Source: Microcoleus sp.
GTDB taxonomy: Bacteria > Cyanobacteriota > Cyanobacteriia > Cyanobacteriales > Microcoleaceae
Assembly: GCA_042408215.1 (NCBI GenBank)
Contig: JAYFMW010000005.1
Coordinates: forward strand, 128,001-192,000
DNA: 64,000 bases
Direction: 5' to 3'
The translations under genes and the position numbers were made by a program. Shown piece by piece: positions 10,973 to 20,702 of this stretch. The notes beneath the pieces were generated by a model. That model did not search any database and was not told the origin of the DNA. It worked only from the letters and a program-made list of their open reading frames with translations. Position 1 is the first letter of the stretch. Each line of letters begins with the position of its first letter.

Positions 10973-11567
10973 AAGTCAAAAAATATTTCTGCTTTTTTCC
11001 TTGTTTAAGTAATGGAGGTCTTTTCTCTGGAAATCCTTGGGAAACAAATTAAGGAAACGCGACTTGATTCAAACATAACTATGGCAGACATACCGCTGAC
11101 TGGAATAGTCGATAATTGGTCGCAAAATCCCGGATCTGAAGAGTCATTTGGCATAAATTTAACTCTCAAGATTGACAGTCGCGGCAAAAAATGCTATAAT
11201 TTTTGAGGCAATTCAAAAGCTACCTAATTCTCTTAATTCATGACCGATGTTTTGTTTGGTTGGACAGACTTTAACAGAATGCTCGTGTTATTAATATTCG
11301 AGGAGTTAATAACAATCTGGATTTCTACTTTAACGATTGTGAAGAATTGAATTTAGCCATCTTGGCACTACTGGAAAAAGAGGGTATATATCTCCTAAAT
11401 TTTTAATTTAGAACATACCTCGAAAGCTATCAGCAGACTTGGGAAAAAACTGGTAAAGCGATAAATAGACGTTGCACTTTCCCAGGGATAATGGAGCGCG
11501 CAGTTTCTCTGAATTACCAAAAACACCTTACTTGAGTACCTCCAAACTAGAATAGGAAACAAACAAA

Positions 11568-11885
11568 ATGAAGTTAGACAAATTGGCTCTGGCACAAAAT
11601 ATGGCTTTTCTGATATCTATTCCGCCGCAAAGCAATTTAGCTAAATTACTGGCTTTTTGTTTGGCAACAAAGGCTAGAAAAAATACGAGCGGAACAGAAA
11701 TCTTAAGGCTCACCTGTGATCTAATGGAAAACCCATCTAAATTGCCTTATTGGACGCAAGACGTGATGGGACTCGATTTAGATTACACTACTGAGGAGTG
11801 GAAAGCTTTAGGAGAAATGGGCATCAAGGATGCAGAGGGCTTTATGGCTACCCTGTGGCAAGAATTGGAAAATTTGAGTTTGTAA
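11568..11885 (+). CDS. Hypothetical protein
   Basis: 105-aa ORF with plausible RBS (AGGA). Confidence 0.65.
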   Translation: MKLDKLALAQNMAFLISIPPQSNLAKLLAFCLATKARKNTSGTEILRLTCDLMENPSKLPYWTQDVMGLDLDYTTEEWKALGEMGIKDAEGFMATLWQELENLSL

Positions 11886-12146
11886 TTGCTTTTTTCAAAA
11901 TCACCGGACAGGGATTTGAAGATTTCATAAGTTCTGTAAGAGTGTTCCCAGAAATAAAATGCCCTGTCATGCTGAACGGAGTGAAGCATCTTGGATATTT
12001 TCCACTACACTGCGTTTCGCTCAAAATGACAATTCTGGATTATTTTTTATTTGGAATACTCTAAACAGTATTTATCATCTCTATAAAATATCAAAATTCC
12101 TGTCTAAAAACTTCAACCATTTATTCTTTGAATTCACATAAAAATT

Positions 12147-14147
12147 ATGTCTTTAAATGTTGAACTTTTAGAGCAAAGTTTCGATAAAGTTAAACCTCGT
12201 GCTAATGAATTTGCAGCCAGCTTCTACGAGAATCTTTTTAAAGCTCACCCAGAAGTGAAACCGCTATTTGCCAAGACTGATATGGGAAATCAAGAGAAAA
12301 AGCTGTTAAATTCCCTGGTTTTGGTAGTAGAAAATCTCCGCAACCCAGAGGCTTTAGGGCCCGTGCTCAATGCTCTAGGAGGTAGACACGTCAGCTATGG
12401 AGCCATTCCCAAATATTATGGCCCTGTGGGGGAAGCTTTGCTGTTAACATTTGAGCAGTATCTTGCTGAAGATTGGACTCCTGAAGTCAAAAAAGCTTGG
12501 ATAAATGCTTATAAAGCAATTGCTGCGTTGATGTTAAAAGGTGCCGGTGTAGATGCACCAACTAAAGTTAAATCAGAGATAGCAGCCAATTCAAAGCAAC
12601 AAGCAGCTACCCAACCAATTGAGCAAAAAATAGAGGAAATTCCACAAGTAGAACCAGCCGAGCAAATATTAACAGAAATACCAGAAGAAGCATCTTCAGA
12701 GTTACCTGTAGAGTTACTAGAAAGCAGTTTTGAAAAAGTTAAACCCCACGCGAATGAATTTGCAGCCAGTTTCTATGAAAATCTTTTTCAAGCTTACCCA
12801 GAAGTGAAACCACTGTTTACTAAAACAGATATGAAAAACCAAGAGAAAAAACTATTAAATTCCCTGGTTTTGGTAGTGGAAAATCTCCGCAACCCAGAGG
12901 CTTTAGCGCCTGTTCTCAAGGCTCTAGGAGCTAGACACGTCGGCTATGGAGCTATTCCGAAATACTATGGACCGGTGGGGGAAGCACTGCTGATGACATT
13001 TGAGCAGTATCTCCTTGAAGATTGGACTCCTGAAGTCAAAAAAGCTTGGCTAAATGCTTATAGAGCAATTACTGGGTTGATGTTAAAAGGTGCGGGGGAA
13101 GAATCTTCACCTCAAGTTGTCCAAGCTGAGAAACCTGCTATTGTATCAAAACCTATCCAAGCTGAACCAAAAACTGCAACTTTAGCAAAACCTTCAACAT
13201 TAACAGCCGAAACCCCAAAAGAATCTCAGCTATTTCAGCCCACAGCAGAGCCAGAGAAAAAAGCTCTTATATCGGTTCAGTTAGATGGTAAAGTTTTCAA
13301 TGACATTCTCAATAATTTTACCGTTAATTATCAGCAATTTCAGACCAAAATATCAGAACAGCCATTAAGTGAAGTCCTCAAACAAATTCCTAGTAAACTT
13401 ATTGATGCTTTCTGGGAAGCACCAGTATGGTTAGTCGCTGTAGTTGCGGCAGTTCTGTTTACGGTAGTTATTGTAATTGTCGATGAGAACTCTTTACTTG
13501 CAGAAGTTTTGGGTGCTACTGAGACTATCAGTGTAGTCGTGGCGCTAGTTCTATTCATTAAAGAAGCTCCCGATCGCCGAAAACAATTTCACTACCAAGC
13601 TTGGAGTATAGTTGATGCAGCACACAATGTTAAAGTTAGTTATGCCAGAATTTTGGCCCTGCAAGATTTGAATGAGGATGGTGTTTCTTTGAGAGGTTTG
13701 GATGCTCCTGGTGCGGAGTTAGTAGATATTAATCTCTCCCATGCTAATCTCAATAAAGCCAATTTGATGGAAAGCGACTTGAGTAATGCTAATTTGAGCT
13801 ATGCCAATTTAGATAATGCTAATCTCAGTCAGAGTCAACTTAGTGGTGCAGATTTAAGTCATGCAAAACTGGGTTTTGCTCGCTTGAGTCAGGCTAATCT
13901 GAGTAGTGCTAATCTCAGTAGTGCTAATTTGATTTGTGCAGATTTGAGTAATGCCAACCTGAGTGGTGCAAATTTGAGAGATGCTAGTTTGAGTGGTGCT
14001 AACATGGAGGGAGCTTATCTAACTGGTGCTAATCTCAAAAATGCTAAAGTGAGCGATTATGAACTGAGTAGTGCTTTTCTGGAAGGTGCGATTATGCCTA
14101 ATGGATCAAAGTATAAGTCTCTGGAAGATGGGGGCACAAACAAATAA
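12147..14147 (+). CDS. Tandem double globin, TM segment and pentapeptide-repeat protein
   Basis: Two near-identical flavohemoglobin-type globin domains (FYENLF, LGGRH/LGARH, Y.PVGEALL), hydrophobic segment, ANLSxADLS repeats. Confidence 0.85.
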   Translation: MSLNVELLEQSFDKVKPRANEFAASFYENLFKAHPEVKPLFAKTDMGNQEKKLLNSLVLVVENLRNPEALGPVLNALGGRHVSYGAIPKYYGPVGEALLLTFEQYLAEDWTPEVKKAWINAYKAIAALMLKGAGVDAPTKVKSEIAANSKQQAATQPIEQKIEEIPQVEPAEQILTEIPEEASSELPVELLESSFEKVKPHANEFAASFYENLFQAYPEVKPLFTKTDMKNQEKKLLNSLVLVVENLRNPEALAPVLKALGARHVGYGAIPKYYGPVGEALLMTFEQYLLEDWTPEVKKAWLNAYRAITGLMLKGAGEESSPQVVQAEKPAIVSKPIQAEPKTATLAKPSTLTAETPKESQLFQPTAEPEKKALISVQLDGKVFNDILNNFTVNYQQFQTKISEQPLSEVLKQIPSKLIDAFWEAPVWLVAVVAAVLFTVVIVIVDENSLLAEVLGATETISVVVALVLFIKEAPDRRKQFHYQAWSIVDAAHNVKVSYARILALQDLNEDGVSLRGLDAPGAELVDINLSHANLNKANLMESDLSNANLSYANLDNANLSQSQLSGADLSHAKLGFARLSQANLSSANLSSANLICADLSNANLSGANLRDASLSGANMEGAYLTGANLKNAKVSDYELSSAFLEGAIMPNGSKYKSLEDGGTNK

Positions 14148-14342
14148 ATTGATGCCAGCTTTTTTACGATATTTTTGTCTGGTTTTATACTAAAAGGTGA
14201 CGAACCCTTTAGTATACAAGCTTTGGCTTACTGAAATGCGATCGCCAACGGTGAGAGATTACCCTTTAATTCTAATTCTTAGGCCATGAGAAAAATTAGG
14301 GGCCATGAGAGAAATGAGGCAAATAATATCAGGAAAATTCCT

Positions 14343-14450
14343 ATGCAATTACTTAAGCGATTAAGTATAAAGACAAAACTCATAGTCATGTTACTGGTAG
14401 TGAGCATTTGCGCTATGCTCGCAAGCACCTTGCGCGAAGCAAATCGGTAA
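14343..14450 (+). pseudogene. N-terminal remnant of a membrane sensor/cyclase-type gene
   Basis: MQLLKRLSIKTKLIVMLLVVSICAML then early stop; resembles the first TM of sensor proteins. Confidence 0.4.
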
Positions 14451-14529
14451 GTATGACCGGCAGATGTTTCGTCCAATACTGAGATTGATTGCCAATGATG
14501 ATATTGAAGTAAATTGCTATCAATTAACC

Positions 14530-14636
14530 CAAAAAACCAGAATTTAAGTAATATTTGACGCTCGAAAAACAGCAAATTTACGCTTCGATCCACCCAAAAA
14601 ATTGGCAGTTTCCAATGAATTATTGTGAGTTTTGAG
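14530..14636 (+). pseudogene. Degenerate copy of the rimI 3' end
   Basis: KKPEFK*YLTLEKQQIYASIHPKNWQF aligns to RimI EKPEFQQYLAVEKQEICDRLHQKNWHW (1130-1234). Confidence 0.75.
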
Positions 14637-14893
14637 TGTCATTTGTTGCGAATTTAAATTGCATATTTCACTACTACTTGCATATAGTTTCAGGATAGCG
14701 GGGCGTAGATATAATGACTTATATTTTCACAGTATATCCTAATTTAACATCGGAAACTCTAGTAAATTTACGGATTTACAATACCGCGAGTCAGCTTGAA
14801 TCTGTATCTCAAGATGTTGTTTTCGTTAAGGGCTGCTACACACGAAAAAAAACTCACTGTTGTGGGTGAAGCCTTTCAAAACAGGAATATCTA

Positions 14894-15510
14894 ATGAACA
14901 TGAAATATGTACTGACCGCTATCCTGGGAACATATTTAATATCCACATTCTCAGGAGCGACCGCTATGGCAGCCACAATAGGAGGCACAATCAAAGTCAA
15001 CGTCACTGGTGGGGACTTAGGGGGTGTTTACACGGGTGACTTTGCCTACGACGATACACATCTGACCAAAGTCGGCGAGGAATCCATGACCATCAATGGT
15101 GGAAATGGAGCTCGACCGGGACTGCTATCTCTGAACTTTAGATTTCTGGACTTTGCTACAGGTTTAACTCCTGTCACCTATACGGCCAGTGATGATTTAC
15201 CAACTTCCCAGACGCTCCTGTTTTGTTTTTCTGAGAACGGAATTCCCATCTCAATTTGCCTTGCAAGTTTTTTCTGAGGCGGAGTGGCTGGAAATGACGC
15301 ATTTGGGTTCTGTAGATCCCAGGATATTTCTTTACGCCTTGCGAAATGGAACTATTGAAGGTGATGGGAGTCGTGACCTTAGAAATTAACGAATCTCCTC
15401 CTGAATCTACTCCCGTACCGGAGAACGCCTCCCCCTTCGCCTCATTGTTGGCTTTTTTGGGATTGGGTGGAGTTCACTCGTGGAGAAAGTCGAGAAAGGG
15501 AAACAAATAA
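14894..15510 (+). pseudogene. PEP-CTERM-like paralog 5, several frameshifts
   Basis: Homologous to paralogs 1-4 along its length including PVPENASP tail; frame broken between about 15190 and 15375. Confidence 0.75.
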
Positions 15511-15545
15511 TCATCTTTACCAACCTAACTTGAGAGGAATAGACA

Positions 15546-15945
15546 ATGACAGCGATAAATACTCCGTTTTTGGTGACAGGTGGCGAAACTAACAGACCAC
15601 CTAGCAATGCTTTTAGTCCAAGTCAGCGTCAAATAAATATCCGTGCGTCCTTCTCCCTTCCCTCTGTCGAGCAATGGAGTGGTGAAAAAGTATGGTTGCT
15701 GATTCCTGGTTTCACAGCACCCAGCGATTCTTTTGATGCAAATCTGGCGACAGCCATTGATGATGCTAACCCAAACGATATAGTTTTAGCCATTGATTGG
15801 ACTCAAGTGAGCGGTACCCCAACAAATGATGCAACAGCAGGGATATTGAGAGGAGACCTTTACAGGTCTGGTTCATGGATTACCCCAGTCGCAACAGCAG
15901 TCCGAGACAAACTTGTTGAGTGGGGAATGCCAGCCACAGCACTGT
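15546..15945 (+). pseudogene. Truncated second copy of lipase-RTX gene
   Basis: Homology to 5571 ORF ends at VEWGMPATAL, directly at the sbnB stop. Confidence 0.8.
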
Positions 15946-15948
15946 TAT

Positions 15949-16971
15949 CTATATTTGTGTTGGTTCGTAAAAAAAATCTGGAATTGAAACAGTTGTTTTT
16001 TCCAAGACTGCTATTTGATATACATAATAACCAACAGCAAGATCAAGGATTCCCATACCAAAGGGCGAATATACGGTTGGCTTTTGTCTGTCTAAAGTGA
16101 GTTTTCCTTGAATAAGTTGATCGATAGTTCCTGTAACAAAATCTCGGTTTCCAACTTCTTGCTCAGTAAGATGCAAAGATGTCGCAGATTTTAAACAGTG
16201 ATCTACATCATCGACAATGTTGTTTGACTCAAGAATAATTTTTGATGATAAATCTCGCAAAGATAAATGCAAAATAATTGGATTGTGGGAAAAGATACTA
16301 ATATCGTCAACATGTGGTGCATTAGCCGTTGTAGTAAAACTAATCAAATCACAAGATGAAATCAGGTTTTCTTTGGTCGATGAGATTTGAACTTCCTTGA
16401 TTCCTTTCTCTTGAGCATACTCTTTCATCGCCATACTGTACTCATCAGCTAAGTCAAACAAATCTAGTGCAGATATTGTCCAACCAGTATTTAGCAAAAA
16501 TTTCAAGACATAACGAGCAATTAGTCCGCATCCAACAATCCCCAATCTTTTGACTGTTTTTGGTTCGATCAGATTTTGGGCGGCTAAAACTGCTGAAGCG
16601 GCGGTTCTAGAAGCACTGATAATCGAGCCTTCGAGACACGCTATTGGATATCCAGTTTCATAATCATTGAGAATAATCACCGCAGATGCACGAGGGATTC
16701 CCTGCGCGATATTCTTGGGAAAACTGGCAATCCATTTGATCCCTGAGATATTAAAGTCTCCTCCCAAATGTGCAGGTAAAGCAATGATTCTCGCTTCTGG
16801 CTTTTCTGGATATTTCAAAAAATAACTATCTGGGTTTATGGTTTTTTTGGCTCCATGAGTAAGATATGCTTTTTGAACTAAATCAATTACATTTGCATAG
16901 TTACTTTGGAGTATTTCATTAACTATCGAACCAGAAATAACTGTAAAATTTTGCTCTATGGTGTTTGTCAT
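15949..16971 (-). CDS. sbnB: 2,3-diaminopropionate biosynthesis protein SbnB (ornithine cyclodeaminase family)
   Basis: NPDSYFL, RIIALPA, GIKWIASFP, RTAASA, LHLSLRD, SPFGMGILD; adjacent to sbnA. Confidence 0.9.
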   Translation of the reverse strand: MTNTIEQNFTVISGSIVNEILQSNYANVIDLVQKAYLTHGAKKTINPDSYFLKYPEKPEARIIALPAHLGGDFNISGIKWIASFPKNIAQGIPRASAVIILNDYETGYPIACLEGSIISASRTAASAVLAAQNLIEPKTVKRLGIVGCGLIARYVLKFLLNTGWTISALDLFDLADEYSMAMKEYAQEKGIKEVQISSTKENLISSCDLISFTTTANAPHVDDISIFSHNPIILHLSLRDLSSKIILESNNIVDDVDHCLKSATSLHLTEQEVGNRDFVTGTIDQLIQGKLTLDRQKPTVYSPFGMGILDLAVGYYVYQIAVLEKTTVSIPDFFYEPTQI

Positions 16972-16985
16972 GGAAGAAATATTTA

Positions 16986-18044
16986 TTAGTCTTTTATTGA
17001 CTTAAGGCAATTAGGAAAGCGTTCTGAAACCCACCGATCGTCATAAATTGTATCTAGGTAGCTCTCTCCTAAATCAGGACTTATTGCTACTATACTTTTC
17101 GCTGCATCCAGTTTATGTGCATAAGCTTTGATGCCTGCCAAAACTGTTCCAGTCGAACCTCCGACTAAGAATGTTTTTTCGCGTAGTAAATATCGACACA
17201 TTTTTATAGTGTCCTCTTCTTTAACTACTACAATATCATCAATTAGACTTTTATCAACCAATTCTGGTTTTCTACTTGTACCTAGTCCTGGGATATATCT
17301 TTTACTAGAAGGTAAATCGAAAGTAACCGATCCAAAGGTATCAACTGCAATAACTTTTGTTTTTAGGTTGCGATCTCTAATGTATTCAGCACATCCCATT
17401 AATGTACCTGTAGTACCTGCACCAATAAATAAGTAATCCACCTCTGAAAAGCTTTCAAATATTGAAGGTGCTGTACTCAAATAATGTGCATTTTTGTTCT
17501 CGCAATTCGCATATTGATTTAGCCAAAATAAATTTCTATCATCTTTAAGCAATTGCTTAATTAAATCAATTCGGCTGTTTAAAAATCCTCCATTTTTATC
17601 TCTATCTTTAACAATTATAAGTTTGGCTCCGAACAATTTTATATATTTCTCATTCCTAGACGAAATGTTTGGATCGCTGATACAGGTAAAGCGATATCCT
17701 TTAGTCGAACAAGCTAGGCTAGCCGCCACTCCTAAGTTACCAGACGAAGATTCGATAATATGGGTACGATCCGGTGATATCTCTCCTTTTTCTTCGAGAG
17801 CCTCTAGCATACGTATTGCAGGTTTTATTTTGATAGATCCTGCTGGATTAAATCCCTCAACCTTCAAAAATAGATCTGCTTTCAAAGACAAGAAATTGTT
17901 TAATTTACAAAAAACTTTGTCGAGAATCAGTTCCAAAGAATTTTCAGCAATCAAGGGAGATTTCATCAAAGCTGAGCTAGATGATTGGAAATTCCCAGAC
18001 AAAATTAAGGGTGTTTCCGTATCTGGTACATCGTAAAGATTCAT
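16986..18044 (-). CDS. sbnA: 2,3-diaminopropionate biosynthesis protein SbnA (PLP, cysteine-synthase family)
   Basis: EGFNPAGSIKIK, ESSSGNLG, GGFLNSRI, WLNQY, GTTGT, YLDTIY. Confidence 0.9.
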   Translation of the reverse strand: MNLYDVPDTETPLILSGNFQSSSSALMKSPLIAENSLELILDKVFCKLNNFLSLKADLFLKVEGFNPAGSIKIKPAIRMLEALEEKGEISPDRTHIIESSSGNLGVAASLACSTKGYRFTCISDPNISSRNEKYIKLFGAKLIIVKDRDKNGGFLNSRIDLIKQLLKDDRNLFWLNQYANCENKNAHYLSTAPSIFESFSEVDYLFIGAGTTGTLMGCAEYIRDRNLKTKVIAVDTFGSVTFDLPSSKRYIPGLGTSRKPELVDKSLIDDIVVVKEEDTIKMCRYLLREKTFLVGGSTGTVLAGIKAYAHKLDAAKSIVAISPDLGESYLDTIYDDRWVSERFPNCLKSIKD

Positions 18045-18274
18045 AAATTTATTAAAAATTTTGGATCGAGAACAACCAGCTTATGCGATGTTTATGTTTT
18101 ATATACTTTTGAGCTTTGTCTATCAATAATATCATGATGCTATAGCCCCTGGGATGGGGGGGGGACCCCCCATCTCAAAATGACATTTCACAACTATTAT
18201 GGAAGATAAGAATGTTAAGTATCTAAACGAAACAACCTACAGATTTGTATTACCTGAAGGAATGATTAACAACT

Positions 18275-19213
18275 ATGCTCACATCTGACTCAAAAAAGAT
18301 TAAGTTATTACGTTATAAGGGACTTGTTATGGTGCTGGTGGGGGCTACCTTGTGGGGACTTTCTGGTACGGTGGCACAAAGGCTTTTTCAAGATGAGGGA
18401 TTTACTCCTGGTTGGCTGGTAACAATGCGCCTGCTAATTTCAGGGATGTTGTTATTAATAACTGGATGTTTACGAAAAAGTTCCCATCAAGTTTTTGCTG
18501 TGTGGAACGATCGCAAAGATAGGATTAGATTAGTATTTTTTGGAATTGTTGGTATGTTGGGAGTACAGTATACCTATTTCGTGGCAATTCAAACTGGTAA
18601 TGCTGCTACAGCAACCTTATTGCAATATCAGGCTCCATTATTTATTATGGTTTACTCCGCAATAAAGTACAATCGAATTCCGAATTTTCAAGAGTTTATA
18701 GCCCTGGGATTTGCCCTGTTAGGTACATTCCTTCTGGTAACAAATGGATCTATTCAACAGTTGTCTGTCTCCAGCGCATCAATAGCATGGGGATTAAGTT
18801 CTGCAATTGCACTTGCATTTTATACGTTATATCCATCAGGCTTGCTACAACGTTGGGGTTCTGAAGTAATCATTGGGTGGGGCATGATTATAGGAGGGAT
18901 TGCATTATGCCCGATCGCTTCTCCTTGGCAAATTCAAGGTCAACATTGGTCTGTTATTACTGGTTTGTTAGTAAGTTTTGTGATTGTATTTGGCACAGCA
19001 ATCGCTTTTTATCTCTATATAGATAGTCTTCGATACATTACACCTACAGAAGCCAGTTTATTAGCCAGTGCAGAGCCTTTGTCGGCTGTAGCTGCATCAG
19101 TTATTTGGCTTCGCTTACCACTGAGTCTTTTTGAAGGTATCGGTGGACTATGTATTGTTAGTACAGTGTTGATGTTGTCGCTACGTCCCAAAAATCAAAG
19201 CAAAACATTATAA
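18275..19213 (+). CDS. EamA/DMT family exporter
   Basis: LWGLSG, GNAATATLLQY, AEPL; about 10 TM segments. Confidence 0.85.
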   Translation: MLTSDSKKIKLLRYKGLVMVLVGATLWGLSGTVAQRLFQDEGFTPGWLVTMRLLISGMLLLITGCLRKSSHQVFAVWNDRKDRIRLVFFGIVGMLGVQYTYFVAIQTGNAATATLLQYQAPLFIMVYSAIKYNRIPNFQEFIALGFALLGTFLLVTNGSIQQLSVSSASIAWGLSSAIALAFYTLYPSGLLQRWGSEVIIGWGMIIGGIALCPIASPWQIQGQHWSVITGLLVSFVIVFGTAIAFYLYIDSLRYITPTEASLLASAEPLSAVAASVIWLRLPLSLFEGIGGLCIVSTVLMLSLRPKNQSKTL

Positions 19214-19346
19214 GATTCAACTAGAAAAATCCTTGAGCGGAGCGAGAAAAAATCAGTTTTTTGAAAGGTCTATATATCAAGAAAGATTCTCAGCTTGCAG
19301 CCGTTAACTAAAGTGTGATTTAAATCAAAATAGGTTCATACTAACC

Positions 19347-20237
19347 ATGAAAACAAACAATCAGCCTTGTAATTTTTTCTTGATGACTGAAAATAGCTTT
19401 CATCCAACTTATTTACTCTCACAATGGTATACCAGATTCCAAGGAAACCCATTTTTTAGAGGTATTCTCATACGAGATGATAAAAATGATGCTTCACAGT
19501 ATAGTAAAGAGCGATTTCATCAATTACATCAGAATGAAAAAATTTTAACAAGTGATTCGCTACAGGAAATCAAAACATTATATGGTGGACTTAGTAAGAC
19601 GGAAGCAGCTACGATCGGATTATTTGGAATACCTGCATTGGCACAAAGCTCATTTCAAAAAAGTATCTTTTTAGGTAAAACTATCAATAGTGAAAAAGTG
19701 AAGAAGTGGCTACAAATAGAATGTAAAAATGAAGGTGGGATTTGTATATTTGTGTTTTTGGATAAGATTCTTAGCCCTTGGTGGATTGAATTGACAGAAG
19801 GTAACATTATTAATGCTCATTCTGCTGTTCTTCCTTATGCAAGAGGTATGTTTGCTGTCGAAAATATGGCATCTCGTGGTGATATTGAAGAATTTAAACG
19901 AGTTGCTGGAGCGTCTGTTCATTATGTAGATGAAGGCGTAGATACTGGCCCTATTATTCAAGCTGTCAGAATAAAAAATCCCTTTGAATTTCAATCTTTG
20001 TCGGAGGTAAAAGCTTATAGTTATAAGCTGGCTTTCGATCTTCTGATACAGCAAGCTTCAGAAATGATCGAAAATCCTCAAATACAATCTGTGGGGATCA
20101 AAGCCTACCCTACACCCATCAGTCCTGTATTTTCTAGAAAAGACTACACTCCCCAGGTCGAAGAACTCGCGGAAAAGAGATTTATAGAAATGAAACAAGA
20201 TTCAGTCAAGCGGTATAAAAACAAAGGCTTTGCGTAA
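19347..20237 (+). CDS. Formyltransferase (N10-formyl-THF dependent, PurN/Fmt fold)
   Basis: INAHSAVLP and VHYVDEGVDTGPII carry the catalytic N-x-H and D. Confidence 0.8.
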   Translation: MKTNNQPCNFFLMTENSFHPTYLLSQWYTRFQGNPFFRGILIRDDKNDASQYSKERFHQLHQNEKILTSDSLQEIKTLYGGLSKTEAATIGLFGIPALAQSSFQKSIFLGKTINSEKVKKWLQIECKNEGGICIFVFLDKILSPWWIELTEGNIINAHSAVLPYARGMFAVENMASRGDIEEFKRVAGASVHYVDEGVDTGPIIQAVRIKNPFEFQSLSEVKAYSYKLAFDLLIQQASEMIENPQIQSVGIKAYPTPISPVFSRKDYTPQVEELAEKRFIEMKQDSVKRYKNKGFA

Positions 20238-20579
20238 GTCCTGCCAAACCTAGGAATACAGCAGCTTAGGAGCAGATTTAGGGGATATATCGCGCCTTTA
20301 ACCAATAAGTTTTGTACAAAACCCGCCCTGTACTTCGGTAAGCACCACTTTTCCACCTGCATGACAGCCAAAAAGATTGTGCTAGAATCCTCAATACATA
20401 GTCGTAGGTTGGGCACAGGCCGAGAAGAACAATCTTCTTGCAGTCTAGGGGAGGTTGTAGGTCAGCCACCATTGGGGTCTTCCCAGTTGAAAGCCACCCT
20501 GCAACAGCAGCCTAGAATCTGCAACCGCTTTGACCGTGCGGCAGAGCGGTTGGGGAGTGTCCCGCTAGAATAAGTACGA

Positions 20580-20630
20580 GTAGGGAAACGGCAATGCCAT
20601 GTCCAATGCACAGCAATGCCGTGTCCCTAC
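20580..20630. repeat. GTAG-type REP-like palindrome
   Basis: GTAGGGAAACGGCAATGCC...GCAATGCCGTGTCCCTAC; related copy at 54162-54214. Confidence 0.6.
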
Positions 20631-20702
20631 GAGAACACAAACGCTCGTTGTGCGAGCGTGACCTCAAAACGGGCACATAGCAGCAGGTGATGGGAATAAA
20701 TC

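Noticed and set aside
14279..14593. 104-aa minus-strand ORF
   Set aside because: Antisense to the rimI-like remnant and sensor-gene fragment
15949..18044. Staphyloferrin B siderophore cluster
   Set aside because: No NIS synthetases, decarboxylase or TonB-dependent receptor nearby
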